Assembly: GCA_964499705.1 (NCBI GenBank)
Contig: CAZCME010000017.1
Span: forward strand, 1 to 64,000
Source: an uncultured bacterium
GTDB taxonomy: Bacteria > UBA8481
DNA: 64,000 nucleotides
Direction of reading: 5' to 3'
Below, one piece after another: positions 18,662 to 28,209 of the stretch. A program made the position numbers and the translations under genes. Under the pieces are notes generated by a model, which was given only the letters and a program-made list of their open reading frames with translations, searched no databases and was not told where the DNA came from. Each line of letters starts with the position of its first letter. Within the stretch, counting starts at the first letter, position 1.

Positions 18662-19932
18662 CGCGGCCACTTCCCCCACCAGGCCCTCAATCGCTCCCCG
18701 ATTTTCTTCTCCTCGCCGTTCCCCGTCGGCTCGTAGAAGGACCGGGATTCCGCGAGATAATCCTGCTTCACGAATCCGCCATGCCGATGCGGATCGACAT
18801 AGCCTTCTCCCCTGCCGAGCCTCTCCGCATCGCGATACCCGCTTCCGCGGAGATGATTGGGCACTTCGAGAATGCGGCCCGACTCGATATCGGCCAGCGC
18901 TTTCTCGATGGCGTAGTACGCCGCTTTCGACTTGGGAGCCGAAGCCAGGTATGTCGCGGCCTGCGCCAGGATGATTCTCGCCTCGGGCATCCCGACATGC
19001 TCCAGCGCCTGCGCCGCCGCCGTCGCCAGGACGAGCGCGCGCGGATCGGCGTTGCCGACGTCCTCGCTCGCCAGGATCATCATCCGGCGCGCGATGAAGC
19101 GCGGATCGTCGCCGCCTTCGATAAGCCTCGCCATGTAGTACACCGCCGCGTCGGGATCGCCGCCGCGCATAGACTTGATGAAGGCGCTCGCGATGTCATA
19201 GTGGAGATCCTCATCGCGGTCATGAGCCACGATCTTGCGGCCCAAGGCTTCCTCGATGTGCTTCACCGAGATCTCGCCACCGGTCGCGGGCGCCGAGAGC
19301 CCGATCCGTTCCAGGGCCGTCAACGCGCGCCGCGCGTCGCCGTCGCAGAGCCGAGCGAGCGCGGAAATCGCATCCGGAGAAAAGTTCAGCTTCAGTTTCC
19401 CCAGCCCCTGCTCCTCGTCCGCCAGCGCGCGCTCGAGAAGCTGGCGGATCGCATCGACGCCCAGGGGCTTGAATTCCACGAAGACGGTCCGCGACGCGAG
19501 AGCGCCCGTCACGTAGAACGATGGATTATGCGTCGTCGCGCCGATCAGGATCAGGCGGCCGTTCTCCACGTCCGGCAGGAGCGCATCCTGCTGCGCCTTG
19601 TTGAAGCGATGGATCTCGTCGATGAAGAGGAGCGTCCTCCGGCTCCGCATGCGCAACCGGTCATCCGCTTCCTGGGACACGCGGCGAATATCGGCGACCC
19701 CCGACGTCACCGCGTTCAGGACGATGAACTCCGCATCGAATCGCTCCGCCAGCAGATGCGCGACCGCCGTCTTTCCGGTGCCGGGCGGGCCGAAGATGAT
19801 CATGGACGAAAGTTGTCCCGAAGCGATGATCCGCCCCAGCGGTCTGGTCGGCCCCATCACATGCTCCTGCCCGACAAAATCCTCCAGCTTCCGCGGCCGC
19901 ATCCGCCGCGCCAGGGGCTGGGCCGATTCCAT
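18658..19932 (-). CDS. rarA: Replication-associated recombination protein A (MgsA/RarA AAA+ ATPase)
   Basis: PLARRMRP, GPPGTGKT, FIDEIHRFNKAQQD, SAFIKSMRG and ASEDVGNAD motifs. Confidence 0.95.
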   Translation of the reverse strand: MESAQPLARRMRPRKLEDFVGQEHVMGPTRPLGRIIASGQLSSMIIFGPPGTGKTAVAHLLAERFDAEFIVLNAVTSGVADIRRVSQEADDRLRMRSRRTLLFIDEIHRFNKAQQDALLPDVENGRLILIGATTHNPSFYVTGALASRTVFVEFKPLGVDAIRQLLERALADEEQGLGKLKLNFSPDAISALARLCDGDARRALTALERIGLSAPATGGEISVKHIEEALGRKIVAHDRDEDLHYDIASAFIKSMRGGDPDAAVYYMARLIEGGDDPRFIARRMMILASEDVGNADPRALVLATAAAQALEHVGMPEARIILAQAATYLASAPKSKAAYYAIEKALADIESGRILEVPNHLRGSGYRDAERLGRGEGYVDPHRHGGFVKQDYLAESRSFYEPTGNGEEKKIGERLRAWWGKWPR

Positions 19933-20000
19933 GCTCGGATTCGAATCGAAGAGGCTGGCCTCCCCGAGGCCGGCCGCACTGCGGTTCGCCGGAGCCGCGC

Positions 20001-21356
20001 TCAGCCGATCACCGCCGTATCGCGGTCGAACTCCTCATCCTCCGCCGCCGATTCGAACCGCATCAGCTCCCCGATGAAGATCATCCGGATCGTTCCCGTC
20101 TCGCCGTTCCGGTGCTTCCTGATCAGGAGCTCCGCTTCGCCCGAGAGGCCGCTCCCGCCCGAACCGGCGTAATCCTCGCGATGCACGAACGCCACCATGT
20201 CCGCGTCCTGCTCGATGGCGCCCGAATCCCGCAGGTCCGAGAGCTGGGGCCGCGCGTCCTTCCGCTGGGCCGGAGCGCGCGACAACTGCGACAGAACAAG
20301 CATCGGCACTTCCATCTCGCGCGCGACGCTCTTCAGTGTGCGCGAGAGCTCCGACACTTCCTGCACGCGGTTGTCGATCGCGCGGGAGGAATTCATGAGC
20401 TGAAGGTAATCGACGCAGATCATGCCGATCTCCCCGACCTGCGACGCGAGCCGCCTGCAGCGCGAGCGCAATTCCAGGGGCGTGAGGCTGGACGTGTCAT
20501 CGATATAGAGCTTGGCCTTCCCCAGCTCCAAAGTAGCGCGCGCGAGTTCGCCCTTCTGATCCTCCGTGAGGCGCCCCGTCTTGATCTGCCCGAACGGCAC
20601 GCGCGCGGTCGACGCGAGAAACCGCATCACGACCGACTCGACTCCCATTTCCAGCGAGAAGAAGACGACGGGCTTTTTCTCCTTCAACGCGACGGCCTCC
20701 ATCATGTTGATGGCGAGCGAGGTCTTCCCCATGGAAGGCCGGCCGGCGAGAATGATCATGTCGGATCTCTGGAAGCCCGATGTCATCTTGTTCAGGTCGG
20801 GAAATCCGGTATCGACGCCGGTCAATCGCCCCTTCAGCGCCTGGAGCTGATCGATCCGCTCCCACGTCCGCGACAGAAGATCCGAGATCGCGACCGGCTC
20901 GCGCGACGTATGCTTGGAGGCGATCTGGAAGATTTCCCGTTCCGCGTTCTCTATGATCTCCCGCGCCGGCGCGCCGCTGCCCGTCACCGACTGGCGGATC
21001 CGCTCCGTCGCATCCAGGAGGCGGCGCAACTGGGCTTTTTCGGAGATGAGCCGGCAGTGCCCCTCTATATTCGCGGAGGTGCCCGTCTCCGCGGCCATCT
21101 CCCCCAGCGCCGACACGCCGCCCGCGCGGTCGATGATCCCGCGATCGCGGAGATGATCCGCGAGCGTGACGATATCAATCGGCCGATCGAGCTGCGCGAG
21201 GGCGACGACGGATTCGAAGATGAGCCTGTGCCCGTCGCGATAGAAGTCGGCGGCGCGCACGAGATCGACCGCGCGATTGACCGCATGGGAATCCAGGAGA
21301 ATCGCGCCGATGACGGCGCGTTCCGCTTCTACGGCATTAGGGAAGAAGGGTTCCAT
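20001..21356 (-). CDS. dnaB: Replicative DNA helicase
   Basis: EAERAVIGA, AGRPSMGKT, FSLEM, VDYLQL, LSQLSR and DLRDSGAIEQDAD motifs; no intein. Confidence 0.97.
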   Translation of the reverse strand: MEPFFPNAVEAERAVIGAILLDSHAVNRAVDLVRAADFYRDGHRLIFESVVALAQLDRPIDIVTLADHLRDRGIIDRAGGVSALGEMAAETGTSANIEGHCRLISEKAQLRRLLDATERIRQSVTGSGAPAREIIENAEREIFQIASKHTSREPVAISDLLSRTWERIDQLQALKGRLTGVDTGFPDLNKMTSGFQRSDMIILAGRPSMGKTSLAINMMEAVALKEKKPVVFFSLEMGVESVVMRFLASTARVPFGQIKTGRLTEDQKGELARATLELGKAKLYIDDTSSLTPLELRSRCRRLASQVGEIGMICVDYLQLMNSSRAIDNRVQEVSELSRTLKSVAREMEVPMLVLSQLSRAPAQRKDARPQLSDLRDSGAIEQDADMVAFVHREDYAGSGGSGLSGEAELLIRKHRNGETGTIRMIFIGELMRFESAAEDEEFDRDTAVIG

Positions 21357-21366
21357 GGAAGGGCAA

Positions 21367-21419
21367 GTATGAAGGATGAGGTATGAAGTATGAAGGAGAA
21401 ATATCCTTCATACTTCATA
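21367..21419. repeat. Heptamer-periodic palindrome between rplI and dnaB
   Basis: ATGAAG(T/G)-type 7-mers; perfect 16-bp stem TATGAAGTATGAAGGA / TCCTTCATACTTCATA with a 6-nt loop. Confidence 0.8.
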
Positions 21420-21427
21420 ACCTGTGG

Positions 21428-21880
21428 TTACTTTTCCTCTTCCTTTTCAACCGTCAACGCGATGTCCACCGTGACTTCCGGATGGATCCGGATCGGGATC
21501 GTGTAGGCTCCCAGCGCGCGGATCGGCTCGGGCAGAAGCACCTGCTTCTTCTCGATCTCGTACCCGGCTTTCCCGAGGAGCTCGGCGACGTCGGAAACGC
21601 CGACGGAACCGTACAGCTGGCCCTCATCGCTAACCTTGACGGCCTTTGTCAGCGCAATCTTCGCGAGCTTCTCGCCGGTCTTCTTCGCTTCTTCCAGCTC
21701 CAGTGCCTTCGCCTTGGCGATCTTGTCGCGGCGGGATTCGAACTTCTTGATCTCGCCTTCCGTCGCCAGGACGGCCTTGCCGCGCGGAAAGAGGAAATTG
21801 CGCGCGAAGCCGTCCTTCACCACCACCACGTCGCCGATCAATCCCAGGTTCTCAACGCTCTCCTGCAATATCACTCTCAT
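21428..21880 (-). CDS. rplI: 50S ribosomal protein L9
   Basis: MRVILQESVENLG..GDVVVVKDGFARNFLFP and LYGSV motifs; true start ATG 21880. Confidence 0.96.
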   Translation of the reverse strand: MRVILQESVENLGLIGDVVVVKDGFARNFLFPRGKAVLATEGEIKKFESRRDKIAKAKALELEEAKKTGEKLAKIALTKAVKVSDEGQLYGSVGVSDVAELLGKAGYEIEKKQVLLPEPIRALGAYTIPIRIHPEVTVDIALTVEKEEEK

Positions 21881-21882
21881 GA

Positions 21883-22338
21883 CTATCGCTCCGAGGACGC
21901 CGAACGCGCGGGACGTTCGCCGCGGTCGCCGCGGTCGTATCCGCCGCCGCCGTGCCTGTGCTCCCGATCGCCTCGGTCGTAACGCTCGCCGCGATCGTAC
22001 CGATCTCCGCGCTCGCGCTCGCCGCTGCCGATGTACGGCAGAAGGGCCATGGTGCGGGCCTTCCGGATGACGGTCGTCAGCTCGCGATGATGCTTCGCGC
22101 ACGTGCCGGCGATCCGGCGCGGAACGATCTTGCCGCGGTCGGAAAGGAACCGCTTCAGCCGGTCGACGGCCTTGTAGTCGATCATCGTGGAGATCTTGTC
22201 CTTGCAGAACTGGCACGCCTTCTTGCGCCGGCGCTTGCCGGACATCATGCTGGAACGCTGCTTCGTGAAACCGCCGCCTTCTCCATCGTCGCCGCTGGGG
22301 CGAGGACGGGGACGGTATTCGCCTTCTTCTCTCTTCAT
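21883..22338 (-). CDS. rpsR: 30S ribosomal protein S18 (Zn-ribbon form) with N- and C-terminal extensions
   Basis: [28 protein letters not shown]...[17 protein letters not shown]. Confidence 0.93.
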   Translation of the reverse strand: MKREEGEYRPRPRPSGDDGEGGGFTKQRSSMMSGKRRRKKACQFCKDKISTMIDYKAVDRLKRFLSDRGKIVPRRIAGTCAKHHRELTTVIRKARTMALLPYIGSGERERGDRYDRGERYDRGDREHRHGGGGYDRGDRGERPARSASSER

Positions 22339-22370
22339 CTCAATTCACCTCGGAAATTTCTGGTCGTGTG

Positions 22371-22799
22371 CTAAAACGGAATGTCTTCATCTTCAAGCCC
22401 GGACGCCGGAACATCGCTGTCGGAAACGGGCGGGGCCGATTCGTCGCCGGATGCGGCGGATGCGCCGCGCGGCTTTTCGAGGAACCGGACCGATTGGGCG
22501 CGGATGTCGTAGGTGATGCGCTTTTCCTTGTTCGCGGTCTCCCACTGGCGCATGTTGATGCTGCCCTCCACGAGAATCCGCTGCCCCTTCACAAGGTATT
22601 CCGCGCATGTCTCGGCCTGCTTGTCCCATACGGAGACATCGATGAAGCACGTCTCCTCCTTTTCGTCGCCGGCCTTGCTCTTGAATTTCTTGGAGCAGGC
22701 CAGTCGCAGCGTCGCGACGGCGGTGCCGCCCGGAGTGAACCGGAGCTCCGGCTTGGCCGTCAGGCGGCCCATCATGATGACCTTGTTGAAGTCGCTCAT
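22371..22799 (-). CDS. ssb: Single-stranded DNA-binding protein
   Basis: NKVIMMGRLT..PELRFT OB fold and acidic C-terminal tail EDEDIPF. Confidence 0.96.
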   Translation of the reverse strand: MSDFNKVIMMGRLTAKPELRFTPGGTAVATLRLACSKKFKSKAGDEKEETCFIDVSVWDKQAETCAEYLVKGQRILVEGSINMRQWETANKEKRITYDIRAQSVRFLEKPRGASAASGDESAPPVSDSDVPASGLEDEDIPF

Positions 22800-22800
22800 G

Positions 22801-23235
22801 CTATTGTTCCACGGTCGTCAGGAAGCGCATGATCGTTTCCTTGTGCCGCAGGTCGCGCTCGATCAAGGCGATGGCGGACGGCAGGGCGGAGTAGACGAAG
22901 TTGACGTAGATGCCCTCAGTGAACTTGCCGATCTTGTAGGCGAGGACGCGCCGGCCCATGCTGTCGGCGGAAATGATCGCGACTCCGGCGGCTTCCAAAA
23001 CGGCGCGGAGATCCTTGGTAACGCCTTCGAGCGTTTCTCCCTCAAATTGCGGAACGATCATGACGAGCGTGCTGTAGCGGCGGCCTCCGGGAACGGACGG
23101 AACAACAACCACGGGCGCCGCTACTTGCGGTGTTTCGGTGCGTTCGATGGACGGAGCCGACGACGCGAGAGCGTCGCCTGACGCTTGTGCCGGTACCGCT
23201 TGCGTCGATGACGCCGTTGCGGACGATTCAGACAT
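22801..23235 (-). CDS. rpsF: 30S ribosomal protein S6 with N-terminal low-complexity extension
   Basis: YSTLVMIVP...MGRRVLAYKI.KFTEGIY...IMRFL; first gene of rpsF-ssb-rpsR-rplI; ATG 23235 follows GAGGAGGT. Confidence 0.9.
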   Translation of the reverse strand: MSESSATASSTQAVPAQASGDALASSAPSIERTETPQVAAPVVVVPSVPGGRRYSTLVMIVPQFEGETLEGVTKDLRAVLEAAGVAIISADSMGRRVLAYKIGKFTEGIYVNFVYSALPSAIALIERDLRHKETIMRFLTTVEQ

Positions 23236-23341
23236 ATAACTACCTCCTCGGATCTCCCGCCGGCACTGAAGCTGCGACGGGGAGCCCACCTCCAGGGTGA
23301 GCGAAAGTCAACCCATGTGAATGGGGAGCCCCTTTCGGGGA
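23236..23341 (-). promoter_or_regulatory. Structured 5' leader of the rpsF operon (candidate S6:S18 autoregulatory element)
   Basis: Four consecutive hairpins (CCCC-GAAA-GGGG; CCCAT..ATGGG; GCTCACC..GGTGGGC; CTCCC..GGGAG) just before the SD. Confidence 0.5.
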
Positions 23342-23347
23342 CGGAGG

Positions 23348-23376
23348 ATCATAAGGGAGATGCTCCGGAAAGTGAA
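23348..23376 (-). promoter_or_regulatory. sigma70-type promoter of the rpsF operon
   Basis: TTCACT-N17-TATGAT on the minus strand. Confidence 0.6.
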
Positions 23377-23417
23377 GCGAATTCGGATTGCGGGCGGGAG
23401 AGTTCGGAAGATCGGAT

Positions 23418-24866
23418 TCAGGAAAGCCGTGGATCCCGGGGCAGTCGCACCGTAAACCGCACTCCCTGGGCGGGAAGCGGGAGATTTTCGGCGTTGACTT
23501 GTCCTGCATGAGCCTGGGTCAGCGCCTGGACGATCGACAGTCCCAATCCGACATTCCCGTCGCTGGAAGGGCCCGCGGAACGCGAAAATCGGTCAAAGAG
23601 TCGGGGCATATGAGCCTCCGCGATGAATTCACCATCATTTTCCACCATCAGCACGTAATGCGATCCGCCGTCCTCCGAGAGCAGGATGCGTATGTTCCGC
23701 TTGGCGTGGCGGATCGAATTGTCCAGAAGATTCGTGACGATCTGCGTCACGCGATCCTGGTCCGCCCGCATCACCAGGGGCTCGCGGGGTTGCTCATACG
23801 ATAGCACTCGCCCCGCCCTGGCAGCCATGTCCCGCAATGTGTCCACGGCGAGCCCGACCGGTTTCCTGAGATCGAGTTCCGCCAGGTTCAGAGCGAACCG
23901 ACCGCCTTCGATCTGAGACATATCGAGCAGGTTTTCGATGAGCCGCGACAGGCGGGAATTGTTCCGGCTCATGATCTCCATCATCCTCACCTGCTTTTCC
24001 GCCAGAGGCCCCGCGGTTCCTGTCATGAGATTTTCGAGGGCTCCGTTCATCGCGGCCAGCGGAGTGCGCAACTCATGGGAGATCATCGCGAGAAATTCGC
24101 TTTTCTGCACATCCAGTTCCTTCAGTTTCTCGTTCGCTTTTTTCAGGTATTCATTGGCCGACATCAGCTGGCCGGCCAGGTCACGGGTCTTGTCCTCCGC
24201 GAGCTTTCGCTCCGTGATATCCACCATGACACCGCGAAGAAACGCGGGCGCGCGCCCGCGCTCGTCGAGGACGACGCTCACGATGTCCTGGATCCAGACG
24301 ACGCGGCCGTCCAGCGCGATCATGCGGTAGATGAAATCGTGATGCTGCTTCTTCCTGGTCTCGGCCACGCAGTAATTGAAGGCCCATTCGCGGTCATCCG
24401 GATGCATGTGATTGACCCAGAAATCCTTTTCCGCGATCCACTGGTTCGCGGGATATCCGAGCAGTCGTTCCGCCTGCGGGCTCACGAACGTGAATTGCAG
24501 CGTCGCGAGATCAACTTCCCAGATGATGAAGTTGGCGGGATTCACGAGCGAGATCAGCCGATCGTTGGCGAGACGCATCTGGCGCAGGGTCGGGACGAGG
24601 AGGATCATCGCCGTGATGGCGCAGACGGAGATGATGAGCGCGACGATTTCCGCGGCAGCATCGGCCTGATACGCGCCCGGCCTCAGGAGAAGATGAGAAA
24701 ATGTCACGGAACGACGAACCGCCATCAGGAGGAGCGCGACGGCCAGAAGGATCCAGCCCATACGGCTTCCTGCGTAGCGAATCATCCGAAGCGCGAGGAT
24801 GGCCGCAAGAATCTGAAGCGCCAACGACACGGCAAGCACGACTATCAAGAAGTTCCCCTCCTTCAC
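23418..24866 (-). CDS. Membrane sensor histidine kinase (3 TM, PAS, HisKA, HATPase)
   Basis: PAS (W..HMHPDDRE, DGRVVWI, DITERK), ISHELRTPL H-box, NLLDNS N-box, GLGL G2 box. No adjacent response regulator. Confidence 0.92.
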   Translation of the reverse strand: MKEGNFLIVVLAVSLALQILAAILALRMIRYAGSRMGWILLAVALLLMAVRRSVTFSHLLLRPGAYQADAAAEIVALIISVCAITAMILLVPTLRQMRLANDRLISLVNPANFIIWEVDLATLQFTFVSPQAERLLGYPANQWIAEKDFWVNHMHPDDREWAFNYCVAETRKKQHHDFIYRMIALDGRVVWIQDIVSVVLDERGRAPAFLRGVMVDITERKLAEDKTRDLAGQLMSANEYLKKANEKLKELDVQKSEFLAMISHELRTPLAAMNGALENLMTGTAGPLAEKQVRMMEIMSRNNSRLSRLIENLLDMSQIEGGRFALNLAELDLRKPVGLAVDTLRDMAARAGRVLSYEQPREPLVMRADQDRVTQIVTNLLDNSIRHAKRNIRILLSEDGGSHYVLMVENDGEFIAEAHMPRLFDRFSRSAGPSSDGNVGLGLSIVQALTQAHAGQVNAENLPLPAQGVRFTVRLPRDPRLS

Positions 24867-24894
24867 GGTTCACAGAGGTACAGCTTTCCAATGC

Positions 24895-24923
24895 AGTGTA
24901 CGACGTTTGCTTCTGGAACTCAA
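24895..24923 (-). promoter_or_regulatory. sigma70-type promoter for the histidine kinase
   Basis: TTGAGT-N17-TACACT on the minus strand. Confidence 0.5.
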
Positions 24924-25023
24924 ACTTCTGATCCGGGCACATGGGAGATTTGCAAATGGCGCTTCTCATTCATTCCTGTTCCCTGCTGCCTGAAACGCGT
25001 CCGTATGGTAACCTGACAACATC

Positions 25024-25995
25024 ATGGACCTGCCGGCCCTCCTGCTTGGATTCCTGTTGCCGTGGAAATTTTCGATCGCGCTCCACTCGCGCGCCATTCT
25101 CGTCTCGCTCTTCGACCTGGCCTCCCCTCTCCTCTTTGCCGGCATCCTCCTCGGAAAGGCAGGGTCATGGCGTCACACCCGGCCCGCGCTCATCCTCCCG
25201 CTGCTCTTCACCGGCCTTCTCGCCACGCATCTGGGGGGAGATTCGGCGGTCCACGCGGGCGCCACGATCTACGCGCTCTGGGCCGGCATGGCACTGGCCG
25301 CCCTTTCCCGCGAAGCGATCTTTTCCGGTCTTCGATCCGGACTGCTTCTCTCGGCGGGGCTCGCCCTGCCGCTCTGGTTTTTCGCGCCGCGTTTTGTCAC
25401 CGATCATCATTACTTCAGCGCGTTCGCCGGTTCCAAGAACGGCCTCGCCTTCCTGGCGGGTCTGGCCGCGTTCTCCGCCACGAATCCCGCTCGTTCCGCC
25501 CCGGGTGCCATGCCCTGGTTCATGATGCTCCTCATCCTCCTCTCCGGTTCGCGAGCCGGCATGCTCGCGATGACGGCGGCGGTCCTCGTGAGCCTGCTTC
25601 GTTCCACCACGCCGCGCAGAAATGCCCTGCTCCTGGCCTGCGCCGTAACAGGCGCGACCGCATGGCTGCTTGCCAGGACCGATCTTCCCGCGGATCGATG
25701 GGAGTTCGCTTCCATGATCGTCCAGTACGCGGGAACAATTCCCTGGAACGGGATCGGTCCCGGTTCCGGCTACGGGCTCGATCTCTTCTTCAAGTCGTGG
25801 CTGGAAACCGGGCCGGTCGGATTCATCGTCCTCATGGCCCTCATCACGCGTTCACTTTTCTTGAATGGATTGACGCCCGCTTTGGCTTTCATGCTCGTCT
25901 TCGGCATCGCGCATGATCCGCTGCGGTGGCCGCTCTTCTGGATGATGATCTTCGCGGAGGAAAAATCGGCCATTGGGCGAGGAGCGGCATCGTGA
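25024..25995 (+). CDS. O-antigen ligase/Wzy_C-like multi-pass membrane protein
   Basis: About 10 hydrophobic segments; KNGLA, LSGSRAG, GIGPG and WLETGPVG motifs. Confidence 0.6.
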   Translation: MDLPALLLGFLLPWKFSIALHSRAILVSLFDLASPLLFAGILLGKAGSWRHTRPALILPLLFTGLLATHLGGDSAVHAGATIYALWAGMALAALSREAIFSGLRSGLLLSAGLALPLWFFAPRFVTDHHYFSAFAGSKNGLAFLAGLAAFSATNPARSAPGAMPWFMMLLILLSGSRAGMLAMTAAVLVSLLRSTTPRRNALLLACAVTGATAWLLARTDLPADRWEFASMIVQYAGTIPWNGIGPGSGYGLDLFFKSWLETGPVGFIVLMALITRSLFLNGLTPALAFMLVFGIAHDPLRWPLFWMMIFAEEKSAIGRGAAS

Positions 25996-26011
25996 TATCG
26001 TATCCGCCGAC

Positions 26012-27421
26012 ATGAGCAGCGACCACGTCTGGTACCTCTACACGGCCGACGGACAGCAGGGGCCTTATTCATCAAGCGATCTGAAAACCTGGCTCGACGA
26101 GGGATCGATCACCGGAGCATGGTATGCCTGGCGCGAAGGCCTGTCGGAGTGGCAGGCGATCTCAAGCTGCCCGGAGCTCATGCCTCCGGCATCACCCGGC
26201 CTTCCCCCGTCGCCTCCTCCCGCGCCCGAACCCTTCGCGAGCGCAACGGCGATCCGGCAAAGGTCGAAGCTCACCTGGAAGGACCGCATGCCGCTCCCCT
26301 CGCGCGGCATGCAGATCGCGCTCGCGCTTCTCGTCATTCTCGCCGCGGCGTCCGCCGGCGCCTGGCAATTCTACCCGGCGGCATTCGGCCTCTCTCCCGC
26401 GCCGGCTCCGATCGTCGCGAAGAAGATTCCCCCGATATCACTCCCTGCCGCGCCGCCGGAGACAACGCTCGCCGCGACGGATTCCGAAGCCGCCGACGAA
26501 TCGCCTGTTCTCCCGAATGGTCCTCCACGGCCCTTTCTCTGGAAGGTGGAATCTCCCGATCCTCAACCGGGCGCTCGTTCCTCCTGGCTCTTCGGCACGA
26601 TGCACGTCGCCGATTCGCGCATCGTGAACATGCCGTCTTCCGTCCGCGACGCCATCAAATCCAGCGGCGCCCTGTTCACGGAAATCCCGATGGACATGAG
26701 CCTGAGCCTCACGAGCATGCAGAACATGACCCTGCCCGGAGATAAAACGCTGAAGGACATCGTGCCGCCGGATCTTTACGGACGCCTCTCCCTTTTCTTG
26801 CGGGACAAGGGCACGCCCATCGAGACTTTCGGCAAATTCAAGATCTGGGCGATCGCGATGATGCTGCAGCAGCTGGACGAGATGAAGCGCGCCACCGACA
26901 GGATCAAGGCGGGCGTCGCTCCGAACCAGGCTCCGTCCCGCGACCAGATCGAGATGATGATCCCGCTGGACATGAAGCTCTACACGGATGCCGTCTCGGC
27001 GGGAAAGAAAACGGGCGGCCTGGAGACGATCCACGAGCAGTTCGGAGTCCTGGATGCGCTGACGATCACGGAGCAGGTCGCGTTCCTGAAGGACACGCTG
27101 GACAAGATGGAGGAGTACGACAGGACCGGGAAGAACATGACCGAGGAGATGATCCGGCTTTATCTGCGGGGAGATCTCGAGGCTCTCTATTCGCACAGCA
27201 TGTCCGACGTGGATCCGGACGATCCGATGGACCGGAAATTCCTGCGGCTCCTCATCTTCGACCGCAACGTCCGCATGACCGACCGGATCGAGGAGAAACT
27301 GAAGAAGGATCGGAAAACGTCCCACTTCTTCGCCGTCGGCGCCGCGCATTACCCCGGCGACAGCGGCATCGTTTCCCTGCTGCGCGCGAAAGGCTACACG
27401 GTCACGCGCGTCGAGAATTAA
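26012..27421 (+). CDS. GYF_2 domain + TM + TraB/GumN (Tiki-like) family protein
   Basis: [14 protein letters not shown]...WREGLSEW (GYF_2), Pro-rich linker, TM, then [19 protein letters not shown] and AVGAAHYPG (TraB). Confidence 0.85.
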   Translation: MSSDHVWYLYTADGQQGPYSSSDLKTWLDEGSITGAWYAWREGLSEWQAISSCPELMPPASPGLPPSPPPAPEPFASATAIRQRSKLTWKDRMPLPSRGMQIALALLVILAAASAGAWQFYPAAFGLSPAPAPIVAKKIPPISLPAAPPETTLAATDSEAADESPVLPNGPPRPFLWKVESPDPQPGARSSWLFGTMHVADSRIVNMPSSVRDAIKSSGALFTEIPMDMSLSLTSMQNMTLPGDKTLKDIVPPDLYGRLSLFLRDKGTPIETFGKFKIWAIAMMLQQLDEMKRATDRIKAGVAPNQAPSRDQIEMMIPLDMKLYTDAVSAGKKTGGLETIHEQFGVLDALTITEQVAFLKDTLDKMEEYDRTGKNMTEEMIRLYLRGDLEALYSHSMSDVDPDDPMDRKFLRLLIFDRNVRMTDRIEEKLKKDRKTSHFFAVGAAHYPGDSGIVSLLRAKGYTVTRVEN

Positions 27422-28179
27422 GCGCTCTTCTTCCCGCCCAGGACGTTCAGGATGTCGATCGGCATCGGGAAGAGAATCGTCGTCGACTTGCCCGCTGATA
27501 TTTCCACGAGCGTCTGCAGGTATCGGAGCTGCAGCGCGGATGATGTCGACTCGATGACGCGCGCGGCGTCGGCGAGGCGCGCGGACGCCTGGAACTCGCC
27601 GTCGGCGGCGATGATCTTGGCCCGCTTCTCGCGCTCGGCTTCGGCCTGCCGCGACATGACGCGGCGCATCTCCTCGGGGAGCTCGATGTCCTTGATCTCC
27701 ACGACGGAAACTTTCACGCCCCACGCGGCGACCTGCTCGTCGATGATCTTCTGCAGGGCCTGGCTGATCTTGTCGCGCTCCGCGAGGATCTCGTCGAGCT
27801 CATGCTGGCCGAGCACATTCCGGAGGGTCGTCTGCGCGAATAGGCTCGTGGCGATGAAGTGGTTGGCGACCTTGAGGATCGCGGCAACGGGATCCATCAC
27901 GTTGAAGTAGACCACCGCGTTCACGCGGATCGTGACGTTGTCCTTCGTGATCACTTCCTGGGCCGGAACATCGAGAGTCACGGTGCGGAGATCGACCTTC
28001 ACCATGCGGTCGATGAAGGGAATGAGGAACCGGAGGCCGGCGGTCTTGGTGGCCGCGATCCTGCCGAGCCGGAAGATGACGCCCCGCTCGTATTCGTTGA
28101 TGATCCGCACCGCCATCGAGACGATGATGAGGAAGAAGAATCCCACCGTGAAAATTGCCATTACGATCAAGCCGCCCAT
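27418..28179 (-). CDS. SPFH/stomatin-like (slipin) membrane protein
   Basis: [38 protein letters not shown] and LQLRYLQTL motifs. Confidence 0.95.
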   Translation of the reverse strand: MGGLIVMAIFTVGFFFLIIVSMAVRIINEYERGVIFRLGRIAATKTAGLRFLIPFIDRMVKVDLRTVTLDVPAQEVITKDNVTIRVNAVVYFNVMDPVAAILKVANHFIATSLFAQTTLRNVLGQHELDEILAERDKISQALQKIIDEQVAAWGVKVSVVEIKDIELPEEMRRVMSRQAEAEREKRAKIIAADGEFQASARLADAARVIESTSSALQLRYLQTLVEISAGKSTTILFPMPIDILNVLGGKKSA

Positions 28180-28209
28180 GTCATTGCCTCCCGATTTTCC
28201 GTTCTAATT

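Noticed and set aside
20001-21356. Intein in DnaB (also considered for PolA)
   Set aside because: Protein lengths are normal and the motifs are contiguous.
21361-21420. Short repeats considered as a CRISPR array
   Set aside because: The units are 7 nt and contiguous with no unique spacers, and there are no cas genes in the window.
23240-23345. tRNA or riboswitch in the hairpin-rich region upstream of rpsF
   Set aside because: No cloverleaf with T-loop/CCA and no riboswitch consensus that I recognise; better explained as an r-protein leader.
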